DNA of 51,517 nucleotides, counting the filler, from Thelocarpon superellum (lineage: Eukaryota): the NCBI GenBank assembly GCA_026025795.1. It is 2 parts of 2 records of this genome, joined end to end, with 100 filler letters (N's around TTAATTAATTAA, not from the genome) between each part and the next. Parts side by side here need not be neighbours in the genome. Positions count along the whole stretch, not along the records: positions 25,862 to 51,517 come from JAPEUG010000266.1; 1 more part is not named here. One strand, 5' to 3'. The position numbers were made by a program, and so were the translations under genes. The notes beneath the pieces were generated by a model that was not told the DNA's origin, ran no database searches, and worked only from the letters and a program-made list of their open reading frames with translations. Positions 45,451 through 51,517 of the stretch are shown in pieces (position 1 is the stretch's first letter; every line of letters begins with the position of its first letter).

Positions 45451-48400
45451 ATGTCGGAGCCCCTCAAGTCCGAACAATCCTCGCCCGAGTCGTATGACGA
45501 CGACTCGGCCGCCCACCCGGAGCATTGGCTAGTCAATTCGTCCCACCCCAGCGATGAGCACGCCTCGTCATCCCTCGAGGGAAACCTCGACGGCAACGAT
45601 CCATCACCCAACCAGCCGGCCACGGCTCTGTCGTCCATGCAGAAGCGCCGCCGCGTCACCCGCGCCTGCGACGAGTGTCGACGGAAGAAGATCAAATGCG
45701 ACGGCAAACAGCCCTGTACCCACTGCACCGTATATAGCTATGGTACGCCTTGCCACCAATATACCCTCCCCCCTTTTCCCTCACCCCTCCCATTCCTCCT
45801 CCTCTGCGCACACGTGGCGTGGCTGACCGTCTTCGGCAGACTGTACCTACGACCAGCCCTCCAATCGGCGCCGTAACCCCACGCCGCAATACGTCGAGTC
45901 GCTAGAGATTCGCCTCCAACGAGCCGAGACCATTCTCAGGTCAATTCTGCCCGAGGCCGAGTTCAAGAAGCTCGATCTGGGCCCACTGACGTCGCGCTTT
46001 GCCCGGCCGTTGGACGTGGCCAACGGGAAGAGCCAGGATGGCAGCCCACAGCAGGGCTTGATGCGCGCCGATAGCCAGGACGCACCCGACGACCGCGACC
46101 GCGAACACGAGGCCATGCTGGAGTCCATGGTGGAGGCCACGGGCCAATTGGATCTGGATGAACAAGGCTATTGGGATTTCCATGGCCATTCGTCGGGCTA
46201 CACCTTTCTCAGGCGCATGCGTCAGCAATTCGGCGACATCTTCGGGCCCCCCAACAGGGCCACTCCCTTCACCCAGACCAAACCCGTCACCAAGATCTTC
46301 GATTCACCCAAATCCAGCTACGATTCGCCCGCAGACACGCCTGACCTCCTCGGCGTCGACCTCCCCCCAAAGGAGGTGGCGAGGGAGCTAGTGCGGAACG
46401 CGTTGGATGATGCCTGCGCCCTGATGCGCTTCGTGCATCAGCCAAGCTTCTACGAACAGCTTGACCGCATCTATGACCTCCCTCCTGCACAACGCACGCC
46501 ACAGGGTGGCCCGTTCCTTGTGCTCCTGTACGTCGTCTTGGCCGTCGGTTCCCTCTTCGCCAAGACCGAACAGAGCGAGCTCGAGCAGCATGGCTACGCG
46601 GATGCCATCGACCGGGGGTAGGCTGCGCCGGCATTTAACTCCTTGGCGGCGATTGAAGGCTGATATCACGCAGCTTCAGATATTTCAAGGCCTCGCGGCA
46701 GCGGATGGACGTCACCGACTGCCGTGATCTTGTCTCCTTGCAGGCCGTCGTCTTCATGATCATCTTTCAGCAGTCGTCCAGTCGACTCAGTACCTGCTAC
46801 GCCTACATCGGCCTCGCCATGCGATCCGCCCTTCGCATGGGCCTCCACCGCTCCATCGGCTCCATTGGGTGCCACTTCAATCCCGTTGACTCCGAGGTCC
46901 GAAAACGGCTCTTCTGGATGATTCGGAAGATGGATACCTACGTCGGCGCCCAACTCGGCCTGCCGACCCTGCTCAGCGACGAGGATATTGACCAGGAGCT
47001 TCCGCTCGAGGTCGACGACGAGTACATCACTACGGAAGGCGTGCGCCCCATGCCCGAGGGGAGAATCTCACCTATCGCCGCCGCCAATGCCCACACCAGG
47101 ATGACCAACATTCTCGCCAAAGCCATCAAATATGTCTACCCCGCCAAACATCTGGCCCATGGTGTGCAAGGCAAGACCTCTGCCACCTACCTCGTGAGCC
47201 AGGCGAGGATCCGCGAGGTGGAGCAGGATTTACAGCAATGGATGGATGAACTCCCCATGCCTTTCCGCACCGGTGGTGACGCCAGCCCCCAATTTGCTCG
47301 GTGAGACATCTTCCCTCCGGTCGTCACGTAGGTGAGATCGATCTGAGCTAACGCTACGTCGGATAGAATTCAACAGCTCCTTCGTATGTCCTACGCGCAC
47401 GTCCAGATGGTGCTGTATCGGCCCTTCCTGCATTATGTCTCCCAACGCGGCGCGGCGAAGACGGTGGACACCCGATGTTATGCCTGCGCGGCCGCGTGTG
47501 TCAGTGTCTCACGCAACATCGTCCACATCACCTCGGAGATGAAGCGACGTGGCATGCTCAATGGCGCATATTGGTTCAACATGTACACCACCTTCTTCGC
47601 CATCCTCTCCCTCGCCTATTTCGTCCTCGAGAATCCAGAGAATGCTGGGAGCAATGACATCTTGAAGGATGCACGAGAGGGTCGGGAGACGCTCCTGAGT
47701 CTCTCCAAGAGCAGCATGGCGGCCGACCGCTGCACGATCACGTTGAAGGTATGCGCCCGTCTCGGTTACGAGGCCTCGGTGACTGAGTCTGAGCCATAGA
47801 CCCTATTCGATCGGATTCCGGAGCGGTTGCAACGCTCGCGAACGCACCCGGCGCCCACCAATAAGAAACGCCATGCGCCGTCGCCCAACACCGCAGGGTC
47901 GCAGTCTCCCTATCATGCGCTCGAACCCGTGAAGCTTTTCGAAGGCTCGCCCAAGCTTCTCTCACGCGCTCAGACCATGCCTCTCTATCTCAGCGATTCC
48001 GTCTCCGCTCAGACGTCCGCTCCCACCGACATTGCCACGCCGGATACGGATAAACAAGATGTGCTCAAAGGTTCCCAGGATGCCTTCTTCGCCAAGGGGA
48101 TGGTCGCTGGGCCGCCCTTTGATCTGTCGCTGAGTTCCATCATCTCCGCGCAACCGCCGTCGTCGGATCTGGCGCAGCCAATGATCTTACAGCCGGGACT
48201 GGGGGACGCCAATCTGCCCGAATTGAATGCAATGATGTTCCCGTCGGCCGATCCCTTGGTCTACCCCAACCAGCCCATCACGACGCTGGAGAACCGGCAG
48301 TCCAACCAGGATTCGCTCGATGAAATGCTTGGGAACAATGCCTTTATCTCGAACTGCGGCAACGAGGGACTGTACGATCAACTCGAAGGGAACATGTATG

Positions 48401-48615
48401 GGCCAGTCCCATCCGGCTTTTCCCAAGGCCGGCCGCTCAGCTCTGCGTCCGTACCGCAATTTGGGAATACGGGCGTTGAGGGCGGTGGGAATACCTCGGA
48501 TCAGATCTTCGCGCAGACCGAACGACCAGGCAGTACTCAGGGGGTGAATCTTGAGGATATCTTTGGCAACGAGGAATGGAGCACCATGGGGATGGACCCG
48601 ACGTTTGGATTATGA
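45451..48615 (+). CDS. ASG1: Zn(II)2Cys6 transcription factor with fungal-specific TF domain, Asg1-like
   Basis: Exons 45451-45742, 45840-46617, 46674-47300, 47367-47748, 47800-48615. [39 protein letters not shown]; middle homology region [27 protein letters not shown]. Confidence 0.88.
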
Positions 48616-49594
48616 TGACGGGATAATCCGGATTCGCTTTCTGGGCATGTTCGACTCTGGGGACGATTTGACACAGTATCATGACCACGGGCGGCGTTAT
48701 ACCCCTTGATCTGTCGAGTCCTCCAAGACGCCACGAGCCACGAGCCACCAGGATAAGATGGGAGTCGGCTCTAGTGGAAGGCTTACAAGACGGTCCGGCC
48801 GCCACGATCGACATGTGCATACTCTCTGCAGTTCCGGACGACGACGCAGCCATATCGAAAGCTTGATACCGTCATGTACACCCGTGCGGACTACTGGAGG
48901 CAAAAGCACCACGTCTACCTTCATAGCGGGGGGTTGGAGGAATTGGGAGCGAGGGAAGGAAAGACGAAGAAAATGTACAGCCCGGCTAGGGACTGAGATT
49001 CTTGGGGGCATAAAGGGAGGGCGGAGTCGGGGTGGAATGAGGGAACGAGAGCAAGCAGGAGTGGCCGGAATGGCACGTCCTGTCACGTCATGGTAGGGAG
49101 GTTGGAATTGTTGGCGCACCCGCACCGGTACATCTGTCACGACGTCACGTCATGTCATGTCCTGCCACATCATGGTCTGTGATCTTCCTTCTGCGTTCTC
49201 TGTTCATATTCCACTACTACTGCTATTACACCACCCCCAGCCCCGACTGCTACTGCCGCCAGAGCAATATGTTAATTGGCCGAGTAATGCAATTTTTAAA
49301 TTACACTGGTTGGTCGGCGTCATGATCCTGAGGTGAGGCCGTGCCGTTGACTCTTCTCGTTCAGTCATTCGATTATTTAATTATGTGATATAATCGAATC
49401 TTGGTACAGTGGCACAAGTAGGCACATTTACGCACATATGCACGCGCACACACATGTACAACTGATTTAAGAGCTTGTAGCAGTCAAGGTCAACGCCAGA
49501 GTCAGTCAGAGTTGATTTATTTGATATTATACATTCCATAGCATTCGTTGTTTCCATCCCTCCTTTCTACTCCTCCTTCCTTCAGTCGTGTCAA

Positions 49595-49656
49595 GTCCCA
49601 GTCCCAGTCCCGGTCCCGGTCCCGGTCCCGGTTCCAGTCCGTAGTCCGCAGTCCCT
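49595..49656 (+). repeat. Hexamer microsatellite (GTCCCR)n grading into degenerate units
   Basis: gtccca x2, gtcccg x4, gttcca, gtccgta, gtccgca, gtccct. Confidence 0.85.
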
Positions 49657-50304
49657 AACCCTTCGTATTCAAGTGTCAAAAGGAGAAAGAGAAGGAGACG
49701 GAGGAATAGGAGGAACAGGAAAAAGAAGTAGAGGAGAACAGCGGCCCTCAGCTAGCACCGTCTGTGGTCCGTCGTGTGCAGTGCCCGAAGCGCTCCAGGT
49801 GGTTTCGGAGATGAAAACCAAACAAAACCAAGCTTGCCTGCTAAATCCTCCCGTATCGCGCCGCGCCCACTGTCCATTTCTCGCCCCTTGACAAGAGGCA
49901 TCGAGTGCCATCCACACCTGCATCCACCGAGAGGACGTGCAAAGATTTGGGGGTTCATGGTGGGCGATTAGAAGAATTATCGGCATTATCAGGATTAAGG
50001 TGTATGTATGATTTGCGTGTGGGCGGTAGAAGAGGGACGAGAAGATGGGAGGAGAGAGCATCATGGTAAATTAGAGCCGTGCGAGCCACCGAGGGTAGCA
50101 GGTATCAGGTTGACGTCAAAAGCGTAATGTGAGAGAAGGAAGAAGGCGTCAGGCATGGGAGACGTCATAAATCAGGAGGGTAAGAGAGGCCTTGGATCGA
50201 GGTTGTTTTCATGTGGAGATTGCGTATCGTGGCTTGGATGAGGGGTCGCCGAAGCCGAGCAGGGAAGAATGTGCAAGAATCGAAGGTCTGTCAAGACGCG
50301 TGGC

Positions 50305-51517
50305 CTAGACGACGTCTTCCGTGAACCGGGACCCACGAGATCCGTCGTGAGAGGCGTGGGATCTTCCCACGCCGTCGCTGGCAGGAGGTCGACGCGTCGA
50401 TGTGGCTGGAGGCGTGGGGAAGGGCGAGAGGGAGCCACGCGAGACGACCGGAGTCCGCGCGGGACTGGATCGCAGGACCGCCCCAGCCTCGGCGTCTTTC
50501 ATCGTTCCGTCAAAGGCGTACGGACCGGAAGACGAGCCAGTCGGCGTTGGTCGACTGGCGGGAGTGATGGGTCGGAACGTGCGTCCGGGTAGCGCTCGGG
50601 TGGCATCGTAGGAATCCGTGGGGATCTCCTTGTCGTACCCGCCGCCGTACCCGTCGCCTCCCGCGCCCCCAAGCACCGAGGGGATCTTCCGTCCAGAAAC
50701 GCGCACGAATCCTTGTTCGCTGGGAGCGGTCTCGGTCGACGCGCTTTGCTGGGACTCTGGCCTCCACCGCCGGATGAAGGCGGCAGCAGCGAGGGGAACC
50801 TGGCTTGCTCTCGACATCAGAGGGCCCGACGAAGCGGGGTCGAGTTCTCGAGTCTGCCCCGCGGCTGCCCCCGACCCAGCGGTCAAACGTCGGCCGGAGT
50901 CCCGCCGGTTCTTCCGGTGTCGCACAAAGAAGAGGATGAGCATAAGTACCACGGCCAGTCCAGCCACACCACCGACCACGCCACCAACAACGACGGGCGT
51001 TGGAGGCGGGCCACCCGATCCCGATTGACCTCCGTTGGCGCCAGCTCCTCCGGATGCTGAGCTTCCTCCAGACCCACCTGGAGATCCAGCGCCGCCCACT
51101 CCGGTACCAACACCCGCTGTGGACGATGCCGTGGACGAGCCGGACCTGGATGATGATGTCGACGTACCCATCCCAGAGATTGTCGAGGAACCGGACGACA
51201 GGGTGGTCGCAAGGGGCGAGAAGGCAGATATCGTGATGGCGAGGGTCCCACTTGACGTCACGGTCATATTCGACGAGAGTATGCCGAGCCCCCCAGTAGG
51301 ATGCGCCGATAGCGAGTTGATGCTACTGCCGTTGGTGGACACAACCATGGACGGAAAAGGCGATGGGGGAGGCGGAGCACTGGACGGCGCGGTCGCTGAG
51401 GGCTGTCCGGTCGATGAGATTTGTGAAGTAGAGACGCTGGAGCTCGTGGAGCTCGACGTCGAGGTAGTGGCGGAGGACGAGGAGGATGAAGCACTGCTAG
51501 GTGCAGATGCGGCAGGG
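50305..51517 (-). CDS. Ser/Thr-rich single-pass membrane protein (Mid2/mucin-like sensor), 5' end outside the window
   Basis: Frame is open from the window end. Ser/Thr-rich ectodomain, TM VVGGVVGGVAGLAVVLMLILFFV followed by RHRK, cytoplasmic GFVRVSGRKIPS and terminal SRFTEDV. Confidence 0.85.
   Translation of the reverse strand, partial: PAASAPSSASSSSSSATTSTSSSTSSSVSTSQISSTGQPSATAPSSAPPPPSPFPSMVVSTNGSSINSLSAHPTGGLGILSSNMTVTSSGTLAITISAFSPLATTLSSGSSTISGMGTSTSSSRSGSSTASSTAGVGTGVGGAGSPGGSGGSSASGGAGANGGQSGSGGPPPTPVVVGGVVGGVAGLAVVLMLILFFVRHRKNRRDSGRRLTAGSGAAAGQTRELDPASSGPLMSRASQVPLAAAAFIRRWRPESQQSASTETAPSEQGFVRVSGRKIPSVLGGAGGDGYGGGYDKEIPTDSYDATRALPGRTFRPITPASRPTPTGSSSGPYAFDGTMKDAEAGAVLRSSPARTPVVSRGSLSPFPTPPATSTRRPPASDGVGRSHASHDGSRGSRFTEDVV

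Noticed and set aside
47329..47337. Internal TAG|GTGAGA duplicating the donor inside ASG1 intron 3 (recursive or twin intron)
   Set aside because: The resulting segments of 31 and 35 nt are too short for typical fungal introns, and the first has no clear branch point.

Overview
GC-rich, intron-containing fungal genomic DNA (Ascomycota, most likely Pezizomycotina, judged from GT..CTRAC..YAG introns of about 50-100 nt and the gene families present). I can build about 17 well-supported gene models plus two weak ones. Left half: a membrane protein, an SHLD2-like OB-fold protein, Apd1-type ferredoxin, Dlt1, a YhfC/PrsW-like membrane protein, a 7-TM Cys-rich membrane protein, a secreted cell-wall protein, an amino-acid permease, a Pth11-like receptor and mannose-1-P guanylyltransferase. 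Right half: Dbp8, a GPI cell-wall protein, a long ING/PHD protein, a QIP-like exonuclease, an FHA-forkhead factor, an Asg1-like Zn2Cys6 factor and a truncated Ser/Thr-rich single-pass protein. A synthetic 100-nt N44-TTAATTAATTAA-N44 spacer at 25762-25861 joins the halves, so linkage across it is unproven. I found no tRNA, rRNA, CRISPR or intact transposon. The most interesting candidate is the protein at 2274-3479, which appears to keep both the N-terminal motif and the first OB fold of vertebrate shieldin subunit SHLD2. Other observations are a 31-bp minisatellite, a cluster of four RTCACGTG sites, an orphan intron with a NAGNAG stop/readthrough switch and a small repeat-bearing secreted ORF. 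Family assignments come from motif recognition by eye, not database searches.
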